A DNA stretch of 63,331 nucleotides, the filler included, from Gonapodya sp. JEL0774 (Eukaryota), in NCBI GenBank assembly GCA_027604505.1. It is 43 parts of 43 records of this genome, joined end to end, with 100 filler letters (N's around TTAATTAATTAA, not from the genome) between each part and the next. Parts side by side here need not be neighbours in the genome. Positions count along the whole stretch, not along the records: positions 48,773 to 50,141 come from JADIIX010003263.1; positions 50,242 to 51,609 come from JADIIX010003264.1; positions 51,710 to 53,077 come from JADIIX010003265.1; positions 53,178 to 54,543 come from JADIIX010003266.1; positions 54,644 to 56,009 come from JADIIX010003267.1; positions 56,110 to 57,474 come from JADIIX010003268.1; positions 57,575 to 58,939 come from JADIIX010003269.1; positions 59,040 to 60,403 come from JADIIX010003270.1; 35 more parts are not named here. The stretch is one strand, 5' to 3'. The notes beneath the pieces were generated by a model that saw only the letters and a list, made by a program, of their open reading frames with translations, did not search any database and had not been told where the DNA came from. Position 1 is the first letter of the stretch. Each line of letters opens with the position of its first letter. Positions 48,673 through 61,867 of this stretch are shown here, in pieces. The translations under genes were made by a program, and so were the position numbers.

Positions 48673-49860
48673 NNNNNNNNNNNNNNNNNNNNNNNNNNNN
48701 NNNNNNNNNNNNNNNNTTAATTAATTAANNNNNNNNNNNNNNNNNNNNNNNNNNNNNNNNNNNNNNNNNNNNCCAACTCGCATTACAAAAACGGAACCTG
48801 TCTCTCTCCGCCTTTTACGTTTGTGCGTGCTGTCTTGTGCTTTGCGTTGGTGGTGTTGGCGCTGCATTACTGTGGTTTTGCCTGTGATACATATCTCTCC
48901 TCTTTTAATCTCATACCAGCTCTCTCAGGCGACTCCTTGTCTCATCTCCTCTGCCTGCCCATCCGTTCCTCATATACCTCATGCTCCACGTGACTAACAC
49001 AATCATCTCAAAGCTCCAGGACAGTCTTGCGTGAGAATCTGTGATGCCTCCCTCCTCGACTTGTCTCCGTCCACAACTTATCGGTACCCGCACCCGCACC
49101 CGCGCCACTCGACCCCGTCTACTATACGAGCAGCCCGTCTCGCAGCCCGTGAATCTTTTGGAGGGTGTCTTTGCCTCGTCGCATCTATACCAGCCGTCAG
49201 TCCACGCCCGCCCGGATTGCCACCTCCAACAAACGACCTCACCCTGCACAAAACGCAGGTTGACTATGGTTCATCGAAAATCGACCGCCACAAGGGCTAT
49301 CAACCCCTCGACAGATCTTGCCAGCACCGTTCCCCAACCACCAAAAACCACTCCCAGGTAGCTTGCGACAAACAACATGCTCTGTAAATTTGAAAGCAGT
49401 CTCTTTGTGCCAACTGCGACGCCTCCGTTCCGAACCTCGTGCTTTCAAACCGACGAACAGATCAAGCCTCCACTTTCACAAAGGCCTTCGCTTCCTGTTT
49501 GGAATCTCGTAGCTAGGAAAATTTTGTTTGTGCGTCATGCATCTCGCCTTCGATTGTGTGTTTCGAATCTGAGGATCCAGAGTGCATCCACCCCACAGGC
49601 CAGCATTCACCACCATCTCTTACGGAAGTCTGTCCGGGAAATACATTGTATAGTGGGAGGCAGTAATTGGCAACACACAATAGTAAATATTTGAAGACGG
49701 TGCTTGCTTGCTCGGTAGAAGCAGTCAAGCCTCCGGCTGGATAGCGGAGTGTTTGTCCAGATCACGAAGTAGTGAACACCTGGGCCTCGGAACTCAAAAA
49801 TCGGGTCTTCCATGTCGTGTCCCTCGTGTTTCCGTTGTGAAGTCTGTTCTTGTGATCAGA

Positions 49861-50141
49861 ATGAGGACCGCAACTCTCGCATTCACCCTGGCACTCGTCG
49901 TCTTGGCCTCCGAGGTCGTGTTCGCTGCCCGAAACGTGACTCTCTCTGTGCGAGCAACAGCAACCTGTAGCGAATCACAGTGTATCGCAAAGCTCGACGA
50001 ATTGAAGGAGCCAGCGAGAGCTTGCCTACAAGAAGTGCAACTGTACGTGGCGGGAGGGCTTTTCGGCTCCGACACCGATTCCGCGTTGCTCACCACAGCC
50101 CACAACCTCATGCACTGCATTCATCGGTAGCTCTTCATCAA
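49861..50141 (+). CDS. Putative secreted Cys-containing protein, N-terminus
   Basis: MRTATLAFTLALVVLASEVVFA signal peptide-like, followed by spaced cysteines. Confidence 0.55.
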
Positions 50142-51298
50142 NNNNNNNNNNNNNNNNNNNNNNNNNNNNNNNNNNNNNNNNNNNNTTAATTAATTAANNN
50201 NNNNNNNNNNNNNNNNNNNNNNNNNNNNNNNNNNNNNNNNNAGGCCGACAGCGATCTTCAAGAATGGCAGACACACGCCCAAAAATTGGACATGTTGGTA
50301 CGTGAGTGCTGGAAGCGATGCAAATGTGGTGCGGTGTCCACCGTGGTGGAGGTTGCACGGGCGCAGCCATCTGAACAGTGAGTAACCAGTTTCTTATAAA
50401 AGTTGGTCTACATGATGGTTCATAGTCCATAGAACTGACGCTGTCTTCGTGTTGCAAGCAACGTCGAGGTCATTCTCGAACCCCCGTCACGTCCTGCTTC
50501 GCCCCCACTGCTATACAAACCCGAACAAGAGAACCAAAACCTCACGGTCCCAGACTGGGACTACGAAATTGCGCTTATGGAACGAAAACGGGCTCCAGCG
50601 TTGTTCTGGCCTGGAATTCCCAACGCCAACCCCGGGTCAACAACAGGATGCCCTGCGGAGTCGCAAACCGTGATGCTTGCATCGCGGACCGGCTCCGAGA
50701 GTTCTGTCGCCCCATCTAGTGGGGGTTTGGTGTGCGGACGTATCGACATCTTCGACCAGGTTTTGGTGGCAAAATGGAATCAGGAGTTGGCGGAGGCAGC
50801 CGCGATCGATTTACCAGACGATGACGATGATGACGAGGTGGCGTTGGGCTGTGAGATTGAGCCACCGGGGCTGGGGTGGGAGGTTTGAGGAGTTGGGTAA
50901 AGGCAAGAAGTTGGGCCGGTGCAGAAGGGCAGCCGGTTGGAAACATGAGATAGGACCCGCGAAGACACTATTGGAGTGGCGGTTTCATGGTATCTACAGC
51001 TACCGACTAGCTGATTTTGAAATATACTTCGCCCGGTTTGCTTCCTTGCCATCCAATGCACGTAGAGTGACGAGAACTCGAGAGGGTTTGCAACTTTGTT
51101 CAGCCAAGGGTTCCCCATCGGCAACTGTCCAATAACCAGTAAAGTATCTCGCTTGACGTCTGGTACCGCCAAAAGCATCTTGCCTCGTGCAATTGGGTTC
51201 ATGGGTTAGTTGGAATGTGCACTTTTCTCCAAACAGGGGCCACAGCAAGCTCCCTCTGGTGAATCCAATCCCATCAGCACAAATCGAGAACAACTGTC

Positions 51299-51609
51299 AT
51301 GGGGAAGGTGCGAGAAAGCGATTCCTTTGCCATTATACCTGCCCTACCGTATCATCAATATCTTCTTCGACTTTGCCGGTACTTCGACCTCAGACTCCCA
51401 AGGCAACCAAAAAATTCCTGAAGAACCGGCTCAAGCCCGAGATTGAGAGAAGGAAAAAGCAGAAGAAGTATGTCCAGCAGAAAGAAAAGAATGCAAGGAA
51501 AGGCGGAAACGGGGTAAAGGGCTCGTTAGCTGGTGCAGGTGGTGGTGAGTGTTAGAAACGGGGTGATCCGTTTGAGCCGCTTATCAATGGTTTCCGTTCA
51601 GCTCAAAAA
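51299..51609 (+). CDS. NOC2: Nucleolar complex protein 2 (NOC2), N-terminus
   Basis: ATGGGGAAG, intron 51308-51393, then TPKATKKFLKNRLKPEIERRKKQKK. Confidence 0.75.
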
Positions 51610-51843
51610 NNNNNNNNNNNNNNNNNNNNNNNNNNNNNNNNNNNNNNNNNNNNTTAATTAATTAANNNNNNNNNNNNNNNNNNNNNNNNNNNNNNNNNNN
51701 NNNNNNNNNAACACCCAGAAGTCGTCGGTGGACATGGTTTGCCAACTGTCGAATTGAGGAAAGATCACACCATAAAAGAAGCGAGCCTCTCAACTATGAT
51801 GTATTTCTATATATTCTTACCTGGTGATCAAAAGGAGACATCT

Positions 51844-51925
51844 GTCGCTTTGGTGGAGTGGTTAACACGTTGCCCTGCTAAGGCAATGCCCTTTGGGCGC
51901 GCAGGTTCGAATCCTGCAGGCGACG
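51844..51925 (+). tRNA. tRNA-Ser, anticodon GCT, intronless, long variable arm
   Basis: Acceptor stem GTCGCTT/AGGCGAC, D arm TGGTGGAGTGG, anticodon arm TTGCC-CTGCTAA-GGCAA, variable arm GCCC..GGGC, T arm GCAGGTTCGAATCCTGC, discriminator G. Confidence 0.97.
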
Positions 51926-51927
51926 AC

Positions 51928-51932
51928 TTTTT
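51928..51932 (+). terminator. RNA polymerase III terminator of the tRNA gene
   Basis: TTTTT starting 3 nt after the discriminator base. Confidence 0.75.
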
Positions 51933-52284
51933 GTATGGAGACTTTTTATCCGACGTGAACGATTCCTTCCTCTTTGAGCCTCACGGTGCCAGGCGACGCG
52001 CTCTCTCTTTCGTTCACCCTGTTTTGCTGATCAATGCCGGCAGCGCAGTGTGATCTTGCTTGATCCTGCAACGGAGCATCGGATTCCCGGACAAATGCTC
52101 CCGACAAATGAACTGGTAATTTTCACGGCTGAGAGTATCGAACTAACGGTGATTTGGTGATTTGCTTATGACGCAAGCCACCTTGTGGGGTCAACTTTGA
52201 AATAGGGTCCTGCCTGTAGATCAGAGAGAAACGGCAACCCCCCATTTGCACTCTCCACCTCCACACCGAAATCCACACTCCCCC

Positions 52285-53077
52285 ATGTCTTCTCTCTTCA
52301 ACACCATCAGTGGCTTCTTTGGCGGAGCATCTGAAGAGAAGAAAGTACCCGATTCTGCCTTCCCTCCGGAACTGCAGTTCGCGGTGAGTTCGGTCTCTCG
52401 TGACAACTGCCGTCACATCAGTCGCCAGTGATGCCAGTGATGCGACTTTGAGCTACTATATCGCATTATCTTAACCTTTATCTGAACCTCAATTGCTTCT
52501 CTGGCGATCCCGATCCTCCAGCCCGACGAATGCGCCGACTGTCCGGTCGATTGTGACGAAAAACTGAAAATTCCGGCCGATATTGCCAAGCATATTGACT
52601 ACAAGGACTCCATCGTGAACTCTGTTAAGGTATGAAGTGGTGATGGGCTATGTGTATTTGGAGACTCGGTCACATTTGAGCTTCATTCCCGACACATTGC
52701 AGCCATACAGCCGGCATATCATCATTCGCGTAGATACTGTGAGTAGCTGCTTCCTCCTCGATGGCTACTGCTCCACGGAGCTGAGCCTCCAACGTGCTCA
52801 ACCACTCCCTTTGTCCAAACCTTTTACATCAGCCCGCGACATGGCCCTCCAAAACTGACAAACTCCCCATCATAAGCGCCGCATCCAAAACCCTCAAACA
52901 CCCCTCCCTTGCCTCGCAACACTTCATGGTCTCTGCCGCCGACTCCACACCTTTGGCAGGGGAGACCGCACGACCCGCTGGCACGTTTGCTGCCTACTTA
53001 TTCCCAGACAATCTTCAGACGGAAATTACGGAACAAAATGTAGAAGAGAAGCTTGTCGAACTCGTGGAATACGGGAA
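52285..53077 (+). CDS. Sucrase/ferredoxin-like (Apd1/Aim32 family) protein, 5' part
   Basis: C..CP.DC, IDYKDSIVNSVK-PYSRHIII, WPSK, YLFPD. Confidence 0.7.
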
Positions 53078-53177
53078 NNNNNNNNNNNNNNNNNNNNNNN
53101 NNNNNNNNNNNNNNNNNNNNNTTAATTAATTAANNNNNNNNNNNNNNNNNNNNNNNNNNNNNNNNNNNNNNNNNNNN

Positions 53178-54543
53178 CCTTGTAGCCACCTCAACTTCAA
53201 GATGTTGTACAATACCAAAGATGCACCTGAAGGTCGCAAATTTTTAGTCGGCTTCGAAGTTTATCCGCAGAGGTGAGCAACCTCTCATTCACTGGCTGCC
53301 GCTGATGTACAGCAATTGGGGTAATACCTTGTTTTATGCCACACACCCAAAGTATCAAAAACTCAGCGGGTAAATGTGCTGCCCGGACTGATGGTGGCGA
53401 GGCGCAGCTGCTTACTGGTGCTGACCAGACCATCACATTCACATACTCGGTCGATTGGGAAGAGGAAAAGGGTGTGGACTGGAGCTCCCGGTGGGATCTT
53501 TACCTCGCACAGGGTAACTCCCAAATTCACTGGTATTCCATCATCAACTCGATGATCATTCTGCTGTTTTTGTCCGCGATGGTGGCCATTATCCTGTTGC
53601 GGACCTTGCGACGAGATATCGCTCTGTACAACGACGACGACTTGAAGGAAGAACAGGAGGACACTACGGGATGGAAGTTGGTACACGGTGATGTCTTCCG
53701 CCCTCCGAGATATGGAGGTTTGCTGGCACCTCTTCTCGGTTCGGGAATTCAGTTTGCATTAATGATTTTTAGCACAACGAGTGAGTGAAAACCCCTCCAC
53801 TCATTTGCTTACAGCAGCTATTATTAATGCATCACTTCTTCAGTGCTTGCTTTGTTCGGTGTCCTGAACCCTTCTTATCGCGGCGGACTCATGTCGTTCG
53901 CGCTTTTCCTTTTTGTTTTCATGGGGTGAGTGCGGTTTGATCAGGTATCCTCATCTAGACACCGCAGTCAGCTGCAAGGAGCGTGTTTTTAGAACGTTTG
54001 CCGGATATTACAGCGCTAGAATGTTCAAAGTGTTCCGGGGAACTGCTTGGGGAAGAAATGCCATAATGGTTTGTCTGAGAATTGCTGTCCATTTATTCGA
54101 CGCACATTGAGAGTAGTTTGTTTCCAGACTGCACTGTTCTTCCCGGGTATTTTACTCTTCATCTTATTCATCCTGAATGGATTTATTTGGAGCCGACAGG
54201 TATGTTTCGCACATCATCTGTCTTCGTAACTTCTATTTCCCATCTTCACGTTCTCTTGTGTACAATAGAGCTCAAACGCATTGCCATTCGGAACGTTGGC
54301 GGCATTGGCAGCGATGTGGTTCGGAATCTCGCTGCCACTCGTTTATATTGGCTCGTACTTTGGACAGCGGAAAGCCGTCATTGAACACCCCATTCGCACG
54401 AATCAGATTCCCAGGCAGATTCCAGAGGTGGTGAGCTTCAAATGTGCGCCCCTTTCACTTGGGGGTGCTTGATGATAATGCGACTTGCATTGTCTGCCTA
54501 GCCTTGGTACTTGCAAGGCGTAAACTCTGTGATTATTGGTGGT
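53178..54543 (+). CDS. TM9SF/EMP70 nonaspanin, internal fragment
   Basis: [77 protein letters not shown]. Confidence 0.97.
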
Positions 54544-54643
54544 NNNNNNNNNNNNNNNNNNNNNNNNNNNNNNNNNNNNNNNNNNNNTTAATTAATTAAN
54601 NNNNNNNNNNNNNNNNNNNNNNNNNNNNNNNNNNNNNNNNNNN

Positions 54644-56009
54644 CGGATCGTCATTCCAGGAACGGAACCTTCTCCACCGTCTACTCAGTCTTCGTGGCTC
54701 CCTTGGCCATTCTCCTCCTCCTACCCCTCCTCTACTCCCAACACAATCCACACGGCTCCGTCTCAAACACCCCCGACTCGAGCCTTCATCGCCATCCTCG
54801 ACGGCCACTCTGGCACCGAATGCGCTGCCACTCTCCAATCCCATCTCACCAACTACGCCGCCACGGAACTCGCTCGCCTCGTCCCCGGATGGTCCACGTC
54901 CTCCCCAACCTCTTCCCCCGACACTCCCGCCCCACTCCCCCACCGCCGCCTCATCGCCTCAGCCCTTGAATCCGCCTTTCTCCGCCTCGACGCCGACATA
55001 TGCGCCGGTAGAGTTCCCACCCACCCACCGGCCTCCGGCGTGCCTCCACCACCACCCACCGTCCCACTGGCCGGGTCATGTGCCATGCTCGCGTATGTCG
55101 AGGGGAACGATCTCTACGTGGCGTGTACGGGGGACTCCAGGGCTGTGCTGGTGAGACGGGTTTCGGATGGTGCGGGTGCGGGTGGAGGGACACTCGCGAC
55201 TGCGAGGTGGCTCACCACGCAACTCTCGGAGGACCAAACCGCTCGAAACCCGGACGAGTTGCGGCGAATGCTCACGGAACATCCGGGAGAAGAGTACACT
55301 GGTGAGTTTGTGGACACGGTGAAAATCCACTTACCGTCAACGGATCCTGTTTGATCTCCGCAATTCACTCGTCGATCCCGCACCTCCTCCACACCCCATA
55401 CCCTATAAAAGTCATCTCCCGAGGCCGCGTCCTCGGCTCGCTCATGCCCACTCGAGCGTTTGGTGATGCTCGGTACAAGTGGCCCAAGTTTATCCCGTCC
55501 TCCTCAGCGTCCGCCACGGCGTCACTCATGGGTGGTGGGAAAACAGAGTTTTACAACCAAGTCTTGTCAGCGTTTTATAGTAGAGGACCGGCGAGGAATT
55601 ACGTGAGTGCCGTTGATGTCGCTTGCCATCTTGCTTCGTGCACACCCATCACACAAACCACGACCCATGCCACCTCACCACAGCTTACACCCCCATACGT
55701 CACCGCACTCCCAATTGTAACCCACGCGCACATCCCCTCTGGCAACCCTGTCGCCCTCGTGGTGGCCACCGACGGTCTCTGGGACGAACTCGAGTCCGAA
55801 CAGGTGGGCGAGGCCTTGGGGAACGCGTACACCGCTCTGTGGAAGACCGATGGGCACGTTGGAACGACGGACAACGCGGCGACTCATCTCATACGGGAAT
55901 CCCTCGGTGGAAAAACAGACCACGCCAAGGTTTCCCGCCTCCTCGCACTCCCCAAGGGCCCCGTGAGCCGTCGTAAGCGGGACGACGTTACTGTCGCCGT
56001 GGTGTGGTT
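54644..56009 (+). CDS. PP2C phosphatase of the pyruvate dehydrogenase phosphatase/Ptc5 type
   Basis: ILDGHSG, GSCA, LYVACTGDSRAVL, EHPGEE, RVLGSLMPTRAFGDARYKW, TPPYVTA.P, ATDGLWD, NAATHLIR, RDDVTV. Confidence 0.93.
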
Positions 56010-56109
56010 NNNNNNNNNNNNNNNNNNNNNNNNNNNNNNNNNNNNNNNNNNNNTTAATTAATTAANNNNNNNNNNNNNNNNNNNNNNNNNNNNNNNNNNN
56101 NNNNNNNNN

Positions 56110-57474
56110 AGTGGCCTGACTGGCGCCGAGTGTATTTGGAAATCCATCGAAACAGACATATCTTCACGACTCGCGGCGTCGCTGAAAGAAGAGGAAGCTC
56201 GCTGATTGATCGCCATCGAGTTGAATGAAGATGACGAGGAAGAGCGCCCCCACGAAGGGGAATTAGCTGTTCCCTGGAGACTTGACCCCGTACGAGAAGG
56301 GATTGTACCCGAGGTCCCCTGTACGCCGGCGCTGGAGCTCAATGAAGTTGAATAACCAGGCGTTCTCAAGCTGGAAAGCATTGTGGCGGGACTCTGTTTA
56401 TGACTCGAATCTTCAGTAGATCGAGAAAGTTCGCTTGAATTGGGCAACAAAGTAATGGAAGGAGCGCTCTGAATGGAAATTGCACTCTGTATCTTGGAAA
56501 AGTGTGACGATGGAGGGTTCAGTGAAGCGCCACGAGTGAATGATCCTTCGTTCATCTTCAGGGGGAAAGAGAACGCGTTTGTCGGTGCACTGGCATGCAG
56601 CATATGGTCGCTCAGTAGGAGACAGTCCCTTTCAGTGAGTGAGGAATGATATCAAGGAAGTGCATGAATTTGCATCAACAAACGGGGGACCTCACAGAGG
56701 TGCCATTCCTGCCTTGCCTGCGGTGATGTCGAGACAGGAGGCCCACCTACGGTCAAATTTAATCCCTAATAAGCTCACCAAAGAAATCTGGCACGAGGTT
56801 GCTCGAAGTCTCACCCATCGGGATAAATCGCTCGCATTTGCACCACATTCCCCGGGATAAGATTTAATTCGTCCGTTGCCCTTGCAGAATACTTCATACA
56901 GAGGACACATGAGAGGCAAGCAAAATAGAAAGCAGCAAAGACAGCATCATCCGATCGCACCTCTTGGACAACGGTGAAGGGGGGACCGGAGTACTCCACT
57001 CGGGATTCCTCTTCCAAACCTAGAGGTCCAGCAACCCGAAGGAAGAACCTGTTTCGAATGTAAATCACACCACATTACGGCAGGCTGGGATTCCTCGATG
57101 CTCACACCAAAACCATGTTCAATGCATCGCGTACCAGTGCGGCTCCTCAATTTTCTTCGTTTCTCCATCCTGGTTAATCTTGATCTGCTTTCGCCGAGCT
57201 CGCGAAAAGAAAATCGCACCAATTATGATTGCCACTATCGCCGCTGCACCACCTGCGATGCCGGCAATCATAGCTACATTTGGTCCTGTTGCTATGTTCG
57301 CTGCACCACTGGAAGCTCCACTTGGACTAGAGGTTGCCGAGGAAGCTCGGAGTACGATGCCATCGAATCTTCGTATAGTTTGACCATCGTCCAAGCATCT
57401 ATCGGGGATTATTCCTGACACTGTATACAGATCATTGTTGGTGTTGTTAATAAACATTCTGCACGAACTCAGTA
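56110..57474 (-). CDS. Single-pass membrane protein with a cytosolic SH3 domain and Ser-rich tail
   Basis: TM segment MIAGIAGGAAAIVAIIIGAIFF followed by SRARRK; SH3-like YSARATDELNLIPGNVV....YPDGW...GMAP. Confidence 0.8.
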
Positions 57475-57575
57475 NNNNNNNNNNNNNNNNNNNNNNNNNN
57501 NNNNNNNNNNNNNNNNNNTTAATTAATTAANNNNNNNNNNNNNNNNNNNNNNNNNNNNNNNNNNNNNNNNNNNNA

Positions 57576-58921
57576 ATATTTCGTAATCTTTCTCCACGAG
57601 ATTTCTATTCGGTACTACCGCGCGTTTGTAAGCGCTGGCGCGATGTTCAAATGACAGTTCCGTCATGTGTCAGCATCACTGTCACTGTCTAATATCCCAC
57701 CCGCGAGTCCCGTGGCAGGTCCGTGCATTGGCTGACGATCACAAATGAGCTGGACGTGCGAGATGAATTTGAACTTTATGAGGACTCCCCCTATGTATCT
57801 GGGGCGAAGCTTGGAGTGAAGATTTTCTTGCCGGAAGCAAAAGAACTATTCGCTGAGGACCAAAGCCTCAAAAACCTGCGTGATTGCTTTGAGAAAACAC
57901 TCGAAACAAAGCTTATGGTGGACAATATTGGTGGAGGGCTATTCAGGCAGGGACGTTTCTCCATGTTGGAGATTCGCATTCGCAACATCGATTTGAAGGC
58001 GTCCGACTCGCCCGTTTGGCTTCAACGCAGAAAGTTTATGTCGGCGCGGGCCACTTGTGCCTGGCATTGCGTCCGGAGTATCTTAATGCATCCCCGTACT
58101 TCCTCCTTGGCTGGGAGGCTCACAAATTGCCGAAATTGAACTCCATTTCGTGGCTCAACATATCAGGATTTTGTGAAAGCAAGAACTTTGCGAAAGCTCT
58201 CACGATCGCTCGGCGTGTGTTTCCAGACTTCGTCGACGTGACCTTAAGCTGTCGGTTTGTGTTCAGTGGTTGGGACGATGTCCAGCACGACTCAATGTAT
58301 CTATGGAATGTGCCATTGAAGGACCGAAAAACAGTCACGGAAATCGCTTACATTACCCCAGAGAAGCTGACGGAGTTGCCAGGAGCCTTTCCAAAGTTGA
58401 ACCAACTCGGCACGGTACCGATTACGGAATTGGCGCGTTTCCCCAAACACCTTGATCGGCCCCCACACTGGAGAGATCGTTCTTTGCAGACTTTGACTCA
58501 CGTAAGGTCAATTGAGAATCTTGTGATTGAACTTGACCCAGGCCTTTGGTCACGAGAGGAAAAGTTTGAAATGGTTATGGGCAATTACGCTGACAACATT
58601 TTGGAGCGTTTTACATCCCTCAAGCATCTTGGCGTTACTGTTCATGATGATTGGTCTTACATGGACTCGGGGGACACAGCTCTTTCATCTCTCAAGTGGT
58701 GGAAAGCTCAGGATGCGTGGACAAACTTTTTCGAGACTGTACCCGCCCGCCGATTTAGTATTCGACTCGTCACCAAGGCGGCAGCTACAGAGTTGGCGGA
58801 AGCGTTTCTTGAGAAGATGGAGAAGGCATGCATGAAAGCGGATTCGAGCAACGTTGTTGTGGACTTGGAGGCGACGGATGACGATGAGCTGAATGGTGCC
58901 ATTACTGAGTATTATCGCTAA
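57576..58921 (+). pseudogene. Intronless F-box-like gene with an in-frame stop and a frameshift
   Basis: IFRNL...VLPRVCKRWR F-box end; TAA at 57690; frame change near 58015 into a 301-aa ORF. Confidence 0.6.
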
Positions 58922-59039
58922 TTGTCTAAAGCGTCCTTCNNNNNNNNNNNNNNNNNNNNNNNNNNNNNNNNNNNNNNNNNNNNTTAATTAATTAANNNNN
59001 NNNNNNNNNNNNNNNNNNNNNNNNNNNNNNNNNNNNNNN

Positions 59040-59968
59040 ATGTCGCGCCTTCCATAATGAGGGGTGAGTTTATTCCGGTATCCGACCCTGCGTGGGCTTC
59101 CAACAATGGGTTGGAAAAATGTCCGATCTGCGATTTGCTCCACATTAACGCCCAATCTCTCGGAATTTTTCAAAAGGAGACTTCGCGCTATTTCTTCTTT
59201 ATGCGCGAGTTGATTTTCGTAGGGAATGTGCTGGAGGGAGCATCCACTACACTCTTCGAAATATGCGCATGGCGCTTCCACGCGAAGTGGGGAACGTTCC
59301 AAGACAGATATCAGATCAGCGGAGCTCCAACCATCGCGGTTGGCATACACTTTGACGAGAACAAGCTCTCCTTCAATGACTGTCGGGACAGATACAACCC
59401 AAGAACGGCGCGCTACCAACGCCTCTGCATCCAACTCGGTAGACGAAGATCCCCCTTCTTCCACAGCAATTCCAATTCCTTGTCCTTTAACTCCATCGGC
59501 CACGATACGGATAACTACTTGTTCACCCACAACGAATGGTGATTGAGAGGGAGTTGCATTCGGATCCTGGATCGCCAATTGGCCCTCTGATCCCCACCAA
59601 CTACCGGGATTGCTCAAGACAATTGTCTCTCCATCGATATTAAGAGGTTTAATTGCAATTGACTTCTTCGCAATCGGCAATTTCTTGGCGATAAATAAAT
59701 CCTGACGAGGATCGACGTGGTGAGGAAACTTGGTTTGACCAGAAGGAGTCGATCGATGCCGCAGCGCAGAGAACAGCAGTGTTTTCACGGGAGCTCTGAA
59801 TCTCTCCGTGTTTTGAATCAGGTCGGTCGTGCGCTTTATGAGAAAGAAGGCAGAACAGACCCACATCGTTTTGTTTTCTTCGCCCAGGACCCTAGGAGCC
59901 ATCTTCAGATGCGGACGAGTAAATCGCTTGCGTGATTGCGAGCACAGCCTACCCAGGGCGGTATTCAT
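59040..59968 (-). CDS. TRM2: tRNA/rRNA (uracil-5)-methyltransferase, Trm2/RlmD family, N-terminal TRAM and Cys-cluster region
   Basis: G.GIG, WVVSVPTVIEGE.V.VKVY, ADLISVLERSPLRVEAPCAYFEECSGCSLQHIPYENQLAHK, GSPRRVGYRNKLTPH. Confidence 0.88.
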
Positions 59969-60503
59969 GTTGGATGGTAGTACGTTTGGTCAGGACGTGT
60001 TGAAGAGCCTGTGCATGTTCAATGGTGCACTATGTAGGTGACGCGGGTGCCAATGGTACGACGAAAATTTCAAAACAATGTAATGCATCAAAATGTATTG
60101 TGTAGAAAACTTGAGTGAATGGTGCTCGGTTGGCGGTTGCTGAGAGGACGTTATGTGAGATTCATGAACCTCTCGTGTGTTTCCAGCACAGCACGCTGCA
60201 CTTGTATGATCAACACGCAGTCATTGATAACGATGCAGCTGTTTGAAAGCACGCTCTATGCATGCCTTTTCACCAGAGCACGGAAGCTAGTCACTTTACT
60301 GCAATGCTTGAGCATGATAGATACACCAAATTACACACTTTTAACAAAAAACAACGCAATCACAAATTTCTACTCTTGAGGCGCAATGGTTTTCAGTGGA
60401 GATNNNNNNNNNNNNNNNNNNNNNNNNNNNNNNNNNNNNNNNNNNNNTTAATTAATTAANNNNNNNNNNNNNNNNNNNNNNNNNNNNNNNNNNNNNNNNN
60501 NNN

Positions 60504-61867
60504 GTCACCATAGGAACAAGTTGTGCTTTCAGCGACTTCACATCCGTCACCTACATGACGGGGAGGCATCGGAACAATAGCATTTTTCCATCCACTTGAA
60601 CCTTTGCCAGTTGATCGAGGAACCTTGCTGACCGTGGCAGGCTCATCGAGATCAAAACACTCCAGATTACCGGAAGCTGACGCGCCCGTCAGGAGGCATG
60701 GTCGTCCTTCGATACAGTCGTGGGATAACATCGGAAATCTTGGTTCGCGTCTCAATTGTGGAAGAAACAAACATGCAACTGACCGGAGCCCCCGTCAACA
60801 ATTCTAAACCTCTGGCATTCGACTTCTTTCGACTGAAACGGCCAATCGAACGCGGCAACCATTTCCGGCTCCGCATTTCCAAGAGAGCGGACGTCCCATA
60901 CACTGATTTTGCGATCTTGACCAGCTCGAGAAACTATTTAGCCCATCGATGATGAGAGATTCAAACCCAAGTGCATTCGTCGCGGATCTCTCTGTCGCCC
61001 ACCTCCGATAGTCTTCCCCGGAAAGGCATCAACACTCCCGATGTACTGAACATCTTGAGTTATTGTGTGCCACTCGCACCATAAATCTGGGCCAGCCCTG
61101 ACAGGAGGCCGCGCCTTGGAGATTGCATATTCCGAGGAGGGTGGTGTAAGAGCAATTCTTGCAATCAAAGAGGGGCGAAAGACAAGCAGGTTTCCCGCGT
61201 GGTCGCCAGCAACAACAGTTTCCGGTACGGGCGGTGAAATTGGTTTAGTTTGGCGTGTGCACGCATCGGGAAGGGGCGAAGACGGTGGCAAGAGTGTAAG
61301 GGATGAAATGTCGGCGTAAATTTCATTTGGAGGTTGGAAGACGGCAAGACACCTATAAGACCATCCGATACAGCACAAAGTCAATAATCACATATGATGT
61401 TGAAGCCAACAAAGAACTGGCGTGGCTCACCTGGCCCCATCTTCTTGCACCTTCCACCACTTCACGGTCACATCGTTTCCTGACGTGAAGAGCCAGCTAG
61501 GATCCTCCTTCGAGCATTCCATCGCCCGTATTGCTTCCGCGTGTGCAGCGATGGCAGCGAAACATTCGGCGGCGGCGTCGTCAAGTAGGTAGAGTGTGCC
61601 CGTTTCTCCACCGACCGCCAGAACCCTCCGGGGTCGTTGAATCGTGGTTGGCTCTTCAGTTTCTTGATCACCATCGTCGGCAGCAGTAGGAGGCACCGTG
61701 ATTGTGGTAGTCACAATCGTCCATGCGAGGCAAAGGTAGTTTTCAGGAAAGTCCTGGTGCCGAAAGGCGGCGCGGACGGAACCAAGGCGACAGTCGATGA
61801 AAGAGACGCGGTTAGAGCCAGCTGATACGCAAATGTCTGTAATGCATAGAGGTTTCTAGCCTTTTCC
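60504..61867 (-). CDS. WD40 protein of the LRWD1/EED-like type, internal fragment
   Basis: VLAVGGETGTLYLLD...ECFAAIAAHAEAIRAMECSKEDPSWLFTSGNDVTVKWW. Confidence 0.65.
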
